From: Candidatus Uhrbacteria bacterium RIFOXYB12_FULL_58_10
GTDB lineage: Bacteria > Patescibacteriota > Patescibacteriia > UBA9934 > GWF2-40-263
Direction of reading: 5' to 3'
DNA length: 64,000 nucleotides
Assembly (NCBI GenBank): GCA_943354165.1
Contig: CALRBH010000001.1
Coordinates: 16,828-80,827, forward strand
Below, in pieces: positions 1-9,339 of this stretch (position 1 is the stretch's first letter; each line of letters opens with the position of its first letter). Position numbers and translations under genes: made by a program. The notes under the pieces are model-generated. The model saw only the letters and a program-made list of their open reading frames with translations, had not been told where the DNA came from and did not search any database.

Positions 1-261
1 ATTGAGCGCGTACTAAAGTCTGGGGGGGAGGGTGTGAAAATTACGCTCGGCGGACGTCTCAACGGGGCAGAAATCGCCCGTGTTGAAACGCTCGGCAGCG
101 GAAAGATTCCTCTTCACAACTTGCGCGCGGATATCGATTTCGCTCGCGAGACGGCTTTCACCATCTACGGAACCATCGGTATTAAAGTGTGGATTAACCG
201 CGGCGAAAAGTTCGCTCGCGACGCCAAGGCCGCGGCTGACAAAGCCAAAGCAACGATTTAA
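1..261 (+). CDS. rpsC: 30S ribosomal protein S3, C-terminal part (gene starts before window)
   Basis: Frame-1 ORF open from base 1; C-terminal S3 motifs (…[10 protein letters not shown]…); directly precedes rplP as in the S10/spc operon. Confidence 0.8.
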   Translation: MERVLKSGGEGVKITLGGRLNGAEIARVETLGSGKIPLHNLRADIDFARETAFTIYGTIGIKVWINRGEKFARDAKAAADKAKATI

Positions 262-273
262 GCGAACCGACCT

Positions 274-693
274 ATGTTGATTCCGAAAAAGGTCAAACAT
301 CGAAAGTGGCACAAGGGGCGAGCTCGCGGAAAGCGAGTCGCCACCCAGAAAATTCGTCTTGCTTTCGGGTCCTATGGGCTCAAGGCAATGACGGAAGGAT
401 GGGTGAACTCGCGCCAGATTGAAGCCGCCCGCCGCGCGATGACTCGCGCGCTCAAGCGTGGGGGAAAAATCTGGATTCGTATCTTCCCTGACCACCCGAT
501 CACTTCCAAAGGCGCTGAAATGCCGATGGGTAAAGGTAAAGGTGCCGTGGACTACTACGTGAGCGCCGTCCGCCCGGGAACCATCATGTTCGAGATGGAC
601 GGAGTGGATGACGTCCTTGCGCGTGAAGCCATGAACCTGGCTGCCCATAAGCTCCCGGTGAGGACGAAAGTCGTCACTCGAGACTCTCTCTAA
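274..693 (+). CDS. rplP: 50S ribosomal protein L16
   Basis: 139 aa; [16 protein letters not shown]… is the conserved L16 N-terminus; operon position. Confidence 0.95.
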   Translation: MLIPKKVKHRKWHKGRARGKRVATQKIRLAFGSYGLKAMTEGWVNSRQIEAARRAMTRALKRGGKIWIRIFPDHPITSKGAEMPMGKGKGAVDYYVSAVRPGTIMFEMDGVDDVLAREAMNLAAHKLPVRTKVVTRDSL

Positions 694-703
694 TCAATCG
701 TGT

Positions 704-916
704 ATGGCCGACGAGATCAAAACAATGCAGAACATGACACCCTCGGCACGGGCGAAGGAAATTTCCCTCTCCCAGGCTCGTGTGCAGGAACTTCGTTTTT
801 CCTCACGCACTGGCCGCTTGAAAGGTGTGCGCGAGCTGCGCGAGGCGCGCCGCCATCTCGCCCGGCTCCTCACGGTTGAAAACGCCTCCGTCGCGCTGAG
901 CGCGGCCTCCAAGTAA
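704..916 (+). CDS. rpmC: 50S ribosomal protein L29
   Basis: 70 aa, L29-like helical protein at the expected position between L16 and S17. Confidence 0.85.
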   Translation: MADEIKTMQNMTPSARAKEISLSQARVQELRFSSRTGRLKGVRELREARRHLARLLTVENASVALSAASK

Positions 917-921
917 TCGCT

Positions 922-1185
922 ATGACCACTTCTACCACTCCAATTACGAACCACCGCACCCTTACCGGGGTTGTCGTCTCCGACAAGATGAATAAAACCA
1001 TCGTTGTCAAAGTCGACCGCACGATCGTGCACCCCAAGTACGGCAAGCGTTACGTCATGAGCCGCCGTTTCAAGGTTCATGATGAGACGAATGCCCACAA
1101 GGTCGGGGAGACCGTGCATTTCGTAGAGACACGTCCGATCTCGCGCGATAAGCGCTGGAAGGTTCTCGATACCAAAAACGCCTAA
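922..1185 (+). CDS. rpsQ: 30S ribosomal protein S17
   Basis: 87 aa, GVVVSDKMNKTIVVKVDR…HPKYGK S17 signature. Confidence 0.9.
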   Translation: MTTSTTPITNHRTLTGVVVSDKMNKTIVVKVDRTIVHPKYGKRYVMSRRFKVHDETNAHKVGETVHFVETRPISRDKRWKVLDTKNA

Positions 1186-1189
1186 CCCT

Positions 1190-1561
1190 ATGGTTCAACA
1201 TCGCACCATGCTGAAAGTAGCCGATAATACTGGGGCCCAACAGCTTCAGGTGATTCGGGTACGTGGCGGCTATAAAAAGGGAACGGCCGGTCTCGGGGAT
1301 CTCGTGAACGCTGTGGTAAAGAAGGCGATTCCTCACGGTGCCGTGAAGAAAAGCGACGTGGTGACCTGTGTCATCGTACGTGTACGTAAGGAGACCCGCC
1401 GCAAGGATGGAACTTACGTCCGGTTCGAAGAAAATGCCGGAGTGATCGTGGATCCAAAGACGAAGGATCCTAAGGGCACCCGCATCTTTGGACCAATTCC
1501 ACGCGAACTGCGCTCCATGGGATTCGGAAAAATTATTTCATTGGCTCCTGAGGTTCTCTAA
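1190..1561 (+). CDS. rplN: 50S ribosomal protein L14
   Basis: 123 aa, [16 protein letters not shown]… L14 N-terminus. Confidence 0.95.
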   Translation: MVQHRTMLKVADNTGAQQLQVIRVRGGYKKGTAGLGDLVNAVVKKAIPHGAVKKSDVVTCVIVRVRKETRRKDGTYVRFEENAGVIVDPKTKDPKGTRIFGPIPRELRSMGFGKIISLAPEVL

Positions 1562-1570
1562 CCCACCCGT

Positions 1571-1888
1571 ATGAAGATCAAAACTGGCGACAATGTCCGT
1601 GTCAGCACGGGCAAATATACGGGGAAGGAAGGGAAAGTTCTTCAGGTATTTCCACAGATCAATCGCGTCGTCGTCGAAGGCGTGAACATGACAAAAAAGC
1701 ATTTGAAGTCGCGCGGCGGCAAGGGGCAGATCGTGGATTTCCCCTCACCGATCCACGCATCAAACGTCTCCGTCGTTTCCGGGTCCGGAAAAACGGGACG
1801 GGTCGGCTATAAATTCATCGAGAAAGGCGGCGCCAAGGAAAAGGTTCGCGTAGTGCGATCCAAGGGGCGTTCCGAAGATCTCGGGTAA
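1571..1888 (+). CDS. rplX: 50S ribosomal protein L24
   Basis: 105 aa, KIKTGDNVRV…GKEGKV KOW motif. Confidence 0.9.
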   Translation: MKIKTGDNVRVSTGKYTGKEGKVLQVFPQINRVVVEGVNMTKKHLKSRGGKGQIVDFPSPIHASNVSVVSGSGKTGRVGYKFIEKGGAKEKVRVVRSKGRSEDLG

Positions 1889-1897
1889 CCTCCAGGT

Positions 1898-2443
1898 ATG
1901 TCATTCAAAGAACATTACCGCACAAAGGTGATCCCGGAGCTCATGAAAGAGTTCGGGTATAAGAACCCGCACGCCGTGCCTGCGGTCAAAATGATCACAC
2001 TCAATATCGGTCTCGGGAAAGGGCTCAAGGACGCAAAATATCTTGAAACAACCGAAAGCACTCTGCGCCGCATTACGGGTGCTCAGCCAGTAAAGACACT
2101 TTCTCGTAAATCCATCTCCAACTTCAAAATTCGTGAGGGGATGGCTGTAGGGATGAAGGTGACACTGCGTGGAACACGCATGTGGGATTTCCTCGAGAAG
2201 CTCGTAAAGATCTCGATTCCGCGCATGCAGGACTTCCGCGGTCTCTCTCCAAAGAGCTTCGATGGTCAGGGTAACTACTCGCTCGGATTCACGGAGCACA
2301 TGGCCTTCCCAGAAATCCGTACAGATGAAATCGAAGTCGTTCACGGCATGCAGCTCACGATCGTCACAAGTGCAAAGTCAACTCCGGAAGCTAGGGCTCT
2401 CCTTAAAGGCCTGGGTTTCCCCTTTACGGACGAAACTAAGTAA
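1898..2443 (+). CDS. rplE: 50S ribosomal protein L5
   Basis: 181 aa, L5 motifs ([13 protein letters not shown]). Confidence 0.95.
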   Translation: MSFKEHYRTKVIPELMKEFGYKNPHAVPAVKMITLNIGLGKGLKDAKYLETTESTLRRITGAQPVKTLSRKSISNFKIREGMAVGMKVTLRGTRMWDFLEKLVKISIPRMQDFRGLSPKSFDGQGNYSLGFTEHMAFPEIRTDEIEVVHGMQLTIVTSAKSTPEARALLKGLGFPFTDETK

Positions 2444-2445
2444 GT

Positions 2446-2631
2446 ATGGCAACCGCAAACCAAGTTGCAAAATCCGCCCGCAAGCCAAAGTTCTCGACTC
2501 GCATCGTGAATCGTTGCTGGCGCTGTGGCCGTAAGCGCGCGTTTATGCGCCGCTTCCAGCTCTGCCGCATCTGCTTCCGCGAGCTCGCGAACCGTGGAGA
2601 AATTCCGGGCGTTACTAAGGCCAGCTGGTAA
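2446..2631 (+). CDS. rpsZ: 30S ribosomal protein S14 type Z (zinc-binding)
   Basis: 61 aa with CxxC…CxxC zinc ribbon (CWRCGRK…CRICFRE). Confidence 0.95.
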   Translation: MATANQVAKSARKPKFSTRIVNRCWRCGRKRAFMRRFQLCRICFRELANRGEIPGVTKASW

Positions 2632-2642
2632 ACGAGATCTGT

Positions 2643-3035
2643 ATGATTAACGACCCAATTGCCGACATGCTCACCCGGATCCGGAACGCTATTGCCGCGC
2701 GCAAGAGCGAGGTTGACGTACCCGCATCCATGGTGAAAGAGGCGATCGCACAGATTCTCGTGCGTGAAGGTTTCCTTGCCCGCGTCGAACGGGTGGGCGA
2801 AATGCCGCACGCTATGCTTCATCTTACCTTTGCGTTTGATGCAAGCCAGCCAAAGATCCGCGATTTGAAGCGTATCTCCAAGTCCGGTCAACGCGTGTAC
2901 GCGAAGGCTACTGAGCTCCCACGTGTCATGTCCGGTCTCGGAATTGCTATTATTTCCACACCGAACGGGCTCATGACTAATAAGGAAGCTCGCTCGCGTC
3001 GCCTCGGGGGAGAAGTTATTTGCGAAGTGTTCTAA
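2643..3035 (+). CDS. rpsH: 30S ribosomal protein S8
   Basis: 130 aa, DPIADMLTRIRNA S8 N-terminus. Confidence 0.95.
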   Translation: MINDPIADMLTRIRNAIAARKSEVDVPASMVKEAIAQILVREGFLARVERVGEMPHAMLHLTFAFDASQPKIRDLKRISKSGQRVYAKATELPRVMSGLGIAIISTPNGLMTNKEARSRRLGGEVICEVF

Positions 3036-3045
3036 TCGACCCCAT

Positions 3046-3603
3046 ATGTCCCGCATTGGTAAACAACCTGTTATCCTTCCCGAGAAGGTAGAGGCATCCG
3101 TACAAGGCCACACTGTTACAGTGAAAGGCCCAAAAGGTTCGCTTTCCCAAGCCTTCAACGAATCGGTGACGGTCACTGTTGGTGATTTTGAGGGGAAGCC
3201 AGCGCTCAACGTAGACGTCGTGAATCACGAACTCGTTTCCGATCGAGCTCACTGGGGAACTGCTCGCGCAATCCTCGCCAATATGGTGGAAGGGGTTGTG
3301 ACAGGGTTTTCAAAAAAACTTGAGGTGAACGGGGTCGGGTATCGTGTAGCTCTCTCCGGGAATAAGCTCGTGCTCACTCTGGGATTCAGTCATGATATCG
3401 ACATGATTATTCCAGAAGGAGTAACAGCAACGGTAGAGAAAAACATCATTACCATCACAGGGATAGACAAGCAGATGGTGGGTGAACTTGCCGCCAGCAT
3501 CCGAAAAATGAAGAAGCCGGAACCCTATAAGGGCAAAGGCATCAAGTACATCGACGAGGTCGTACGCCGCAAGGCAGGTAAGGCCGCGAAGACCGGCGAA
3601 TAA
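3046..3603 (+). CDS. rplF: 50S ribosomal protein L6
   Basis: 185 aa, MSRIGKQPV… L6 N-terminus. Confidence 0.95.
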   Translation: MSRIGKQPVILPEKVEASVQGHTVTVKGPKGSLSQAFNESVTVTVGDFEGKPALNVDVVNHELVSDRAHWGTARAILANMVEGVVTGFSKKLEVNGVGYRVALSGNKLVLTLGFSHDIDMIIPEGVTATVEKNIITITGIDKQMVGELAASIRKMKKPEPYKGKGIKYIDEVVRRKAGKAAKTGE

Positions 3604-3611
3604 TCCCTCCT

Positions 3612-3965
3612 ATGGATTCCATCAAACACAAGCGAACACTCGCGGCCCGTCGCGCCAAGCGCACCCGCGCCACTATTCACGGTACCTCCGAGGTTCCTCG
3701 GCTTTCCGTTAAGCGCAGCTTGAAGCACATCTACGCCCAGCTCATCGATGACACCGTTGGAAAGACGCTTGCCGCCGCATCGAACAAGGATGTGAAGGTA
3801 GATGGAAAGAAAACGGACGTCGCGAAGGAAGTGGGAAAGATCGTTGCGGAGCGCGCAAAGGCGAAGGGGATTGAACGCGTAGTGTTTGACCGCGGATCCG
3901 CTCGCTATCACGGACGCGTCGCTGCACTTGCTGACGGCGCCCGCGAAGGGGGCCTGAAGTTCTAA
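3612..3965 (+). CDS. rplR: 50S ribosomal protein L18
   Basis: 117 aa, L18 motifs ([18 protein letters not shown]). Confidence 0.9.
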   Translation: MDSIKHKRTLAARRAKRTRATIHGTSEVPRLSVKRSLKHIYAQLIDDTVGKTLAAASNKDVKVDGKKTDVAKEVGKIVAERAKAKGIERVVFDRGSARYHGRVAALADGAREGGLKF

Positions 3966-3987
3966 GGGACCAGACATTACCTATATT

Positions 3988-4614
3988 ATGGAACCCAAGA
4001 AAACAACTTCAACCGGTGGTCGCCCAGGAATGGGTGCCGGAGGTCGTCCAGGTGGCCAAGGTGGTCGCCCAGGCGGTCGTCCAGGTGGCGGTGGAGGTGG
4101 CCGTGGTGGTCGCCGCGATGACCGCGAGCCAAAAGAGTTCGAGCAGAAGATTCTCGAGCTTAACCGCGTGACCCGTGTGACCGCTGGAGGAAAGCGCATG
4201 TCCTTCCGTGCCGCGCTTGTTATTGGGGATAAGAAAGGCCGCGTAGGATTCGGTGTTGCAAAGGGTGCGGACGTCGCTCTCTCTGTGGACAAGGCTTACC
4301 GTCAGGCCAAGAAAAAGCTCGTGAAGGTTCCCATGGTGAACGGCACGATCCCTCACATGGTTTTGTATAAATTCGGTTCCGCTCAAGTCCTCATGAAGCC
4401 GGCTCCTAAGGGAACTGGGTTGAAGTGTGGTGGAGCGTTGCGTGTGGTATTTGAACTTGCCGGCGTTCCAAACGCCGTTTCCAAGGTTCTCAATTCAAAA
4501 AACAAGATTAACATTGCTCGCGCAACCATCCTTGCGATTGGCAAGCTGCGCACTCCGGCTCCACGAAAAATCGTAGAATCGAAGCCAGTCGCAGAAGCTA
4601 AAGTGGCTGAATAA
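3988..4614 (+). CDS. rpsE: 30S ribosomal protein S5 with N-terminal Gly/Arg/Pro-rich low-complexity extension
   Basis: 208 aa; S5 core (ELNRVTRVTAGGKRMSFRALVVIGD…) preceded by ~45 aa of GRPGG repeats. Confidence 0.9.
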   Translation: MEPKKTTSTGGRPGMGAGGRPGGQGGRPGGRPGGGGGGRGGRRDDREPKEFEQKILELNRVTRVTAGGKRMSFRAALVIGDKKGRVGFGVAKGADVALSVDKAYRQAKKKLVKVPMVNGTIPHMVLYKFGSAQVLMKPAPKGTGLKCGGALRVVFELAGVPNAVSKVLNSKNKINIARATILAIGKLRTPAPRKIVESKPVAEAKVAE

Positions 4615-4622
4615 CCCCACGT

Positions 4623-5060
4623 ATGTCTTTGTCTCTCCATACCATCGGCCCGGCTAAGGGCTCAAAGAAAGCTTCCAAGCGCGTTGGACGCGGTCTCGCC
4701 AAGGGCGGAACCTACTCCGGTCGTGGAAGCAAAGGTCAGCGCGCCCGCTCCGGCGGAAAGGCTGGCTTGAAGCTCCGCGGGTTGCGCAACATCATGCTTT
4801 CCATGCCAAAGTCGCGTGGGTTTAAGAGCATTGCAAACCCAATGGCTGTTGTGAATGTTGGCGATCTCGCTCTGGCATTTCCAGACGGATCTACCATCAC
4901 CCCAAAGATGATCGTGAAGCGCGGTCTCATTCGTTCCGCAGAACACGGCGTGAAGGTTCTCGGTGCTGGAGAAATCGGCATCAAACTTACTCTCAAAGAG
5001 CTTGCGGTGTCCGCATCAGCTAAGGAGAAGATTGAGAAAGCTGGCGGTACCGTTGCCTAA
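4623..5060 (+). CDS. rplO: 50S ribosomal protein L15
   Basis: 145 aa, KRVGRG…GGTYSGRGSKGQ L15 motif; follows S5 directly with no L30 gene between. Confidence 0.9.
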   Translation: MSLSLHTIGPAKGSKKASKRVGRGLAKGGTYSGRGSKGQRARSGGKAGLKLRGLRNIMLSMPKSRGFKSIANPMAVVNVGDLALAFPDGSTITPKMIVKRGLIRSAEHGVKVLGAGEIGIKLTLKELAVSASAKEKIEKAGGTVA

Positions 5061-5068
5061 CGCCCACT

Positions 5069-6337
5069 ATGTTTCCCATCCGTCGCATTTGGAAGACTCC
5101 CGAGGTTCGCAACAGCTTGCTGTTCGTCTTCGCCATGCTTGTCATCTTCCGCCTGGCGGCGCACGTAGTCGTTCCGGGCATTGATTCGACCGCGATCGCT
5201 TCGTTCTTCCAGAACAACCAGTTGTTCGGGCTCTTGAACGTGTTTTCCGGAGGCACCCTTAGTAATTTTTCTGTCGTGGCGCTTGGGGTTGCCCCGTACA
5301 TTACTGCTTCCATTATCTTCCAGCTTCTCGGCATGATCGTGCCTAAGTTTGAGGAGATGCAGAAGGAAGAGCAGGGCCGTGCCCGCATCAATCGCTGGAC
5401 GCGCTTCCTCACTGTGCCACTCGCTATTTTGCAGGCATACAGCCTTATTCTTCTGTTCCGCCAGCAAGCTACCGGCGCCCTGTTTACGGATACCAGCACC
5501 TTCACCACGATTCTTGCGATCGCAAGTCTTACGGCTGGTACTGTCTTCCTGATGTGGCTCGGTGAGCTCATCTCGGAAAAGAAAGTTGGTAACGGCGTGT
5601 CCATCATCATCTTCGCTGGGATTATCGCAGGGCTTCCGAACCTTGCTCAGCAAGCGTTCGCTCTCTACGATCCGAGCCAGCTCATCACCGCGATCCTCTT
5701 TGTCGCCGCCATCATTGCGACGATTGTCGGGATCGTGATCATGAACGAAGCACAGCGGAAGATTCCGGTGCAGTATGCTCGTCAGACGCAGGGCTCCAAG
5801 CTCGCCTCCTCGGTGGCTTCCTTCCTGCCGCTTAAGCTCAACCTTGGCGGCGTGATCCCGATCATCTTTGCGATCTCGGTGATCCTGTTCCCAACCGTGT
5901 TCGCGCAGTTCTTCGTGAACGCGCGCACGCCGTTGGTCCGCGACATCGCCACTTGGACCCTCGCCACGTTCCAGAACCAGACGGTGTACAGCATCGTCTT
6001 CTTCTCCCTCGTGTTCCTCTTCACCTACTTCTACGCGTCTGTCATTTTCCAGCCTGACCGTGTGGCAGAGAACCTCCAGAAGCAGGGCGGGTTCATCCCA
6101 GGCATTCGCCCAGGAGCCCCAACCGCGGCGTACCTCGGATGGGTCACCAACCGACTCCTCCTCGCCGGCGCGCTCTTCCTCGGGATCATCGCCATTCTCC
6201 CTTCGCTTGTTCAGCAGGCTACGGGGAACGCGAACCTCCTGGTGGGAGGTACCTCGATCCTCATTGTGGTATCGGTCGTGATCGACTCGGTAAAACAAAT
6301 CGAAGCGCAGCTGACGATGCGCGAGTACGACGCATAA
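5069..6337 (+). CDS. secY: preprotein translocase subunit SecY
   Basis: 422 aa polytopic membrane protein with SecY N-terminal signature; operon position. Confidence 0.95.
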   Translation: MFPIRRIWKTPEVRNSLLFVFAMLVIFRLAAHVVVPGIDSTAIASFFQNNQLFGLLNVFSGGTLSNFSVVALGVAPYITASIIFQLLGMIVPKFEEMQKEEQGRARINRWTRFLTVPLAILQAYSLILLFRQQATGALFTDTSTFTTILAIASLTAGTVFLMWLGELISEKKVGNGVSIIIFAGIIAGLPNLAQQAFALYDPSQLITAILFVAAIIATIVGIVIMNEAQRKIPVQYARQTQGSKLASSVASFLPLKLNLGGVIPIIFAISVILFPTVFAQFFVNARTPLVRDIATWTLATFQNQTVYSIVFFSLVFLFTYFYASVIFQPDRVAENLQKQGGFIPGIRPGAPTAAYLGWVTNRLLLAGALFLGIIAILPSLVQQATGNANLLVGGTSILIVVSVVIDSVKQIEAQLTMREYDA

Positions 6338-6344
6338 GTTTAGG

Positions 6345-6371
6345 AAAGGCCCGGCAACTCGTCGGGCCTTT
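6345..6371 (+). terminator. stem-loop downstream of secY (9-bp stem aaaggcccg/cgggccttt), weak T tail
   Basis: Inverted repeat read directly from the sequence; possible attenuator or terminator. Confidence 0.35.
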
Positions 6372-6405
6372 CGCTTTGAGTGACCCCTGCTATAATCATT
6401 CCGCT

Positions 6406-7038
6406 ATGAACAAACCGCTCAAGATCCTTTTGCTCGGCCCCCAGGGAAGTGGGAAGGGAACACAGTCTAAACTGCTTGAGGAGGAACTGCACATTCCCGC
6501 GTTCAGCATGGGTCAGCTGCTTCGCGATGAGGTGACGACGGGGAGTGATCTTGGAAAAGAAATTGATGCAGTACAGAAGGCTGGTACTCTCACGACCGAT
6601 ATCACCGCGGCCAAGGTACTGAAAGCTCGTCTGGAGAAATCAGATGCACAAAACGGATATGTCCTCGACGGGTATCCTCGCAGCTTTGATCAAGCGAAGG
6701 CATTCACGTTTGATAAGCCAACACATGTCGTCGTGATCGAAATTCCAAAAGATGAATCCATGCGTCGTCTTTCGGGCCGGCTTACCTGCTTTAAGTGCGG
6801 GAGAGTTTACAGTACCAACGATGGCCACAAGGCGGATGATGCTTGCGAATGCGGCGGAAAGATGGAAGTGCGCAAGGATGATACGAAAGAGGCGATTGAA
6901 CGTCGGCTTCAGATCTATCTAGACGAGACAGAACCGCTCATCGCCCATTATGGGTCTCAGGGATTGGTTCGTCGCATCGATGGAGTTGGTGCCGTTGAGG
7001 ACATTCACCTGCGCATCGTAAAGGCGCTTGAAGCCTAA
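6406..7038 (+). CDS. adk: adenylate kinase (Zn-binding lid type)
   Basis: Starts MNKPLKILLLGPQGSGKGTQ (P-loop); lid CFKCGRVY…CECGG; upstream part of ORF 6139..7038 is antisense overlap with the secY end. Confidence 0.9.
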   Translation: MNKPLKILLLGPQGSGKGTQSKLLEEELHIPAFSMGQLLRDEVTTGSDLGKEIDAVQKAGTLTTDITAAKVLKARLEKSDAQNGYVLDGYPRSFDQAKAFTFDKPTHVVVIEIPKDESMRRLSGRLTCFKCGRVYSTNDGHKADDACECGGKMEVRKDDTKEAIERRLQIYLDETEPLIAHYGSQGLVRRIDGVGAVEDIHLRIVKALEA

Positions 7039-7074
7039 GACCATCGACAAATACCCGGAAACGGGTATTTTGTT

Positions 7075-7323
7075 TTGGCAGCGAATGTCAGGAAACTTCA
7101 ACACAGGGTGGTTATCATGCCCATGTCAAAAGAAGATCTCGAAGCCTGGACGAAAAAAGTTCGGCAGCGTTTCGCGAGAGGAGGGATGGGTACAGCCAGC
7201 GCATCGAGGCGGATCCACGAGGTAAACGAGGAGGACAAGTGGTCATTCGATAGCGCCCTCGAGCACCTTGACCAGGAAGAGGCAGAAGCACAGACGGTGG
7301 AGGACAAAAAGAACATCAACTGA
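7075..7323 (+). CDS. small hypothetical protein (acidic C-terminus)
   Basis: 82-aa ORF between adk and a terminator; no recognisable family; the position where infA usually lies. Confidence 0.3.
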   Translation: MAANVRKLQHRVVIMPMSKEDLEAWTKKVRQRFARGGMGTASASRRIHEVNEEDKWSFDSALEHLDQEEAEAQTVEDKKNIN

Positions 7324-7354
7324 CCCCTCGCCCACGTCGGCGACGGTCCTGCGA

Positions 7355-7379
7355 AAGCCCCCACACGGAGGGCTTTTTC
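7355..7379 (+). terminator. rho-independent terminator (GC hairpin + TTTTT)
   Basis: aaagcccccacacggagggcttttt. Confidence 0.6.
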
Positions 7380-7562
7380 ATTTTGCCAACATACATGAAG
7401 ACTGGTATGTCCGTTTACTCAACGGACATATAGGAGGAAATTTGGACAACAACACCTAACCGTCGGTGACGGAAATTCGCAATGAAGTGCTCGATACTCA
7501 TTCGAGAAAGGAGAAACTCATGGACGACGGTACCTGATCTCAGGTCGTTGTAGACGATCAAC

Positions 7563-7593
7563 CAGCCCTGCTCACGGGGGCTTTTTGTTTTTG
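7563..7593 (+). terminator. rho-independent terminator (agccc…gggct + TTTTTGTTTTT)
   Basis: Hairpin followed by T-run, about 200 bp after the previous terminator. Confidence 0.55.
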
Positions 7594-7619
7594 ACTCCTT
7601 ACTGCATTACATTTATAAT
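7591..7619 (+). promoter_or_regulatory. sigma70-type promoter TTGACT-17bp-TATAAT with an inverted repeat (gcatta…taatgc) overlapping -10: probable autoregulated TA operator
   Basis: TTGACT at 7591-7596, TATAAT at 7614-7619; palindrome gcattacatttataatgc spans the -10. Confidence 0.6.
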
Positions 7620-7627
7620 GCACGCAT

Positions 7628-7867
7628 ATGCAAACACGCACATCGATCTCCTTTAACCTTCCAGCCAGGGAAGCTACAAGGACGAAGAAGCTTGCCAGGA
7701 AGCGTGGATTTCCTTCCACCGCGGAATACATCCGATATCTTATTTCGCAGGACGACGAAGTCCTTATTAGCGAGGATGAATTGTACAAGCGTCAGGAAGA
7801 GGCTGAGCAACTCTATAAGGCGGGGAAGTTCATTAAGGCAAAGTCGGTGGCCGACCTCCTAAAGTAG
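7628..7867 (+). CDS. type II antitoxin (RHH/ParD-like, acidic C-terminus)
   Basis: 79 aa, ends 1 nt before the toxin gene; small DNA-binding-like N-terminus. Confidence 0.6.
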   Translation: MQTRTSISFNLPAREATRTKKLARKRGFPSTAEYIRYLISQDDEVLISEDELYKRQEEAEQLYKAGKFIKAKSVADLLK

Positions 7868-7868
7868 T

Positions 7869-8135
7869 ATGGTGGTTCGTACCATCATCTATCACGAATC
7901 TTTCAAAAAGGAATTGAGGGATTTGCCGGCAGACATCCAGCAACGTGTCGTTAAGACCGACAGGATGTTCAGGGATAATCCACTCCACCCCTCTTTGCGG
8001 TTGCATCAACTGAGTGGCCGAATGAAACCATCTTGGTCCCTCTCGGTGACACTGAAGATCCGTATGATTTTCGTTCGCTTAGCCAATGGAACGATCATGT
8101 TTACATCGGTTGGCAACCACGACATTTACCGGTAG
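7869..8135 (+). CDS. type II toxin, RelE/ParE superfamily
   Basis: 88 aa; LHPSLRLHQLSG…W.L…R(I)IF.…FTSVGNHDIY pattern typical of RelE/StbE toxins. Confidence 0.65.
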   Translation: MVVRTIIYHESFKKELRDLPADIQQRVVKTDRMFRDNPLHPSLRLHQLSGRMKPSWSLSVTLKIRMIFVRLANGTIMFTSVGNHDIYR

Positions 8136-8147
8136 GGTACACGCATT

Positions 8148-8924
8148 ATGGCCATGACTAAAACTCCTCAAGAAATCGAAAAGATGCGCGCCGGTGGCGC
8201 GCTGCTTTCGCGTGCGCTCAAAGCGGCGGTCGATGAGGTTCGTCCGGGTGTTATGATCGCCGACATCGACGCGGCGGCGGAGAAAGTCATTCGCGATGGT
8301 GGCGGCGAACCGTCGTTCAAAGGATACAAAACAGACCCATCGGACCCACCGTTTCCATCGACGGTTTGTATTTCGATCAACCACGAAGTTGTACATGGAA
8401 CGGCCGATCGTCCAATTGCTCTCAAGGAAGGGGACATCGTCGGTCTCGACATTGGGTGTTGGTACGAAGGGCTGTGTACGGATATGGCCGTTTCAGTTCC
8501 TGTCGGGAAGGTTTCGCATAAGGCGATGGAACTCATGAAGGTGACGCGTGCTTCGCTTGAGGCGGGGATCGCGGCGGTGAAGATCGATGGGTATGTCGAA
8601 GATATTTCTCGTGCCGTCGAAAGTTACATCAAGCCTCATCACTATGGGATCGTTCGTGCGCTTGTAGGCCATGGCGTCGGGCACAAGGTCCACGAATCGC
8701 CGCATGTGCCGAACTTTGTTGATCCTCGCTATCCGCGCGTGAAGCTCAAGGAAGGGATGTGTCTTGCGATTGAGCCGATGGTCACACTTGGGGATTGGCA
8801 CGTGGAAACTGCCGATGACGGGTGGACGGTGGTGACGAAGGACGGGTCGCTCGCGGCGCATTTTGAGATGACGATTGCTCTCACGAAAAACGGCGTAGAA
8901 ATTCTTACACCATTGCCGGTTTAA
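8148..8924 (+). CDS. map: methionine aminopeptidase type I
   Basis: 258 aa; metal-ligand motifs (D…D…H…E…E) in MetAP pita-bread fold. Confidence 0.9.
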   Translation: MAMTKTPQEIEKMRAGGALLSRALKAAVDEVRPGVMIADIDAAAEKVIRDGGGEPSFKGYKTDPSDPPFPSTVCISINHEVVHGTADRPIALKEGDIVGLDIGCWYEGLCTDMAVSVPVGKVSHKAMELMKVTRASLEAGIAAVKIDGYVEDISRAVESYIKPHHYGIVRALVGHGVGHKVHESPHVPNFVDPRYPRVKLKEGMCLAIEPMVTLGDWHVETADDGWTVVTKDGSLAAHFEMTIALTKNGVEILTPLPV

Positions 8925-8926
8925 CT

Positions 8927-9337
8927 ATGCGCATCCTTGGAATTGATTACGGCGACAAGAAGATCGGTCTTGCGTTTGCGGAATCCGAATCGGGAATCGC
9001 GGTGCCACTCGAAGTCGTCCCAAACATGGGGGAGCAGACCATCGCGACGTTTGCGAAGAATGCCAGTAAGGAAGACATCGACGTGATCGTTGTCGGAGTT
9101 CCTCTCGCTCAAGGCGGACGACACGGATCTGCGCAGCTCGAAAAGACGCGCGTGTTTATTCGGGCCCTCGAAGCGGCGACATCGATTCCTGTCGTCGAAG
9201 AGGATGAAAGCTATACGACAGCCGAGAGCCTTCGCCTGCAGCAAGAAGAGGGGGCAGGAGCTGAAGAGGACGCGCTCGCCGCTATGCTCATCCTTCGCGG
9301 ATATTTGGAACGATTGGGAAGCGAAGATCAGCTCTAG
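8927..9337 (+). CDS. ruvX: Holliday junction resolvase-like protein RuvX/YqgF
   Basis: 136 aa, MRILGIDYGDKKIGLA N-terminus. Confidence 0.85.
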   Translation: MRILGIDYGDKKIGLAFAESESGIAVPLEVVPNMGEQTIATFAKNASKEDIDVIVVGVPLAQGGRHGSAQLEKTRVFIRALEAATSIPVVEEDESYTTAESLRLQQEEGAGAEEDALAAMLILRGYLERLGSEDQL

Positions 9338-9339
9338 TC

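Noticed and set aside
13-648. 211-aa minus-strand ORF across rpsC/rplP
   Set aside because: Antisense to well-supported ribosomal protein genes; no family resemblance.
5057-6298. 413-aa minus-strand ORF antisense to secY
   Set aside because: Highly charged, low-complexity translation; opposite a conserved SecY gene.
6139-6405. 5' extension of the adk ORF overlapping the secY 3' end
   Set aside because: Translation is low-complexity; conserved Adk starts at MNKPLKILLLGP (6406).
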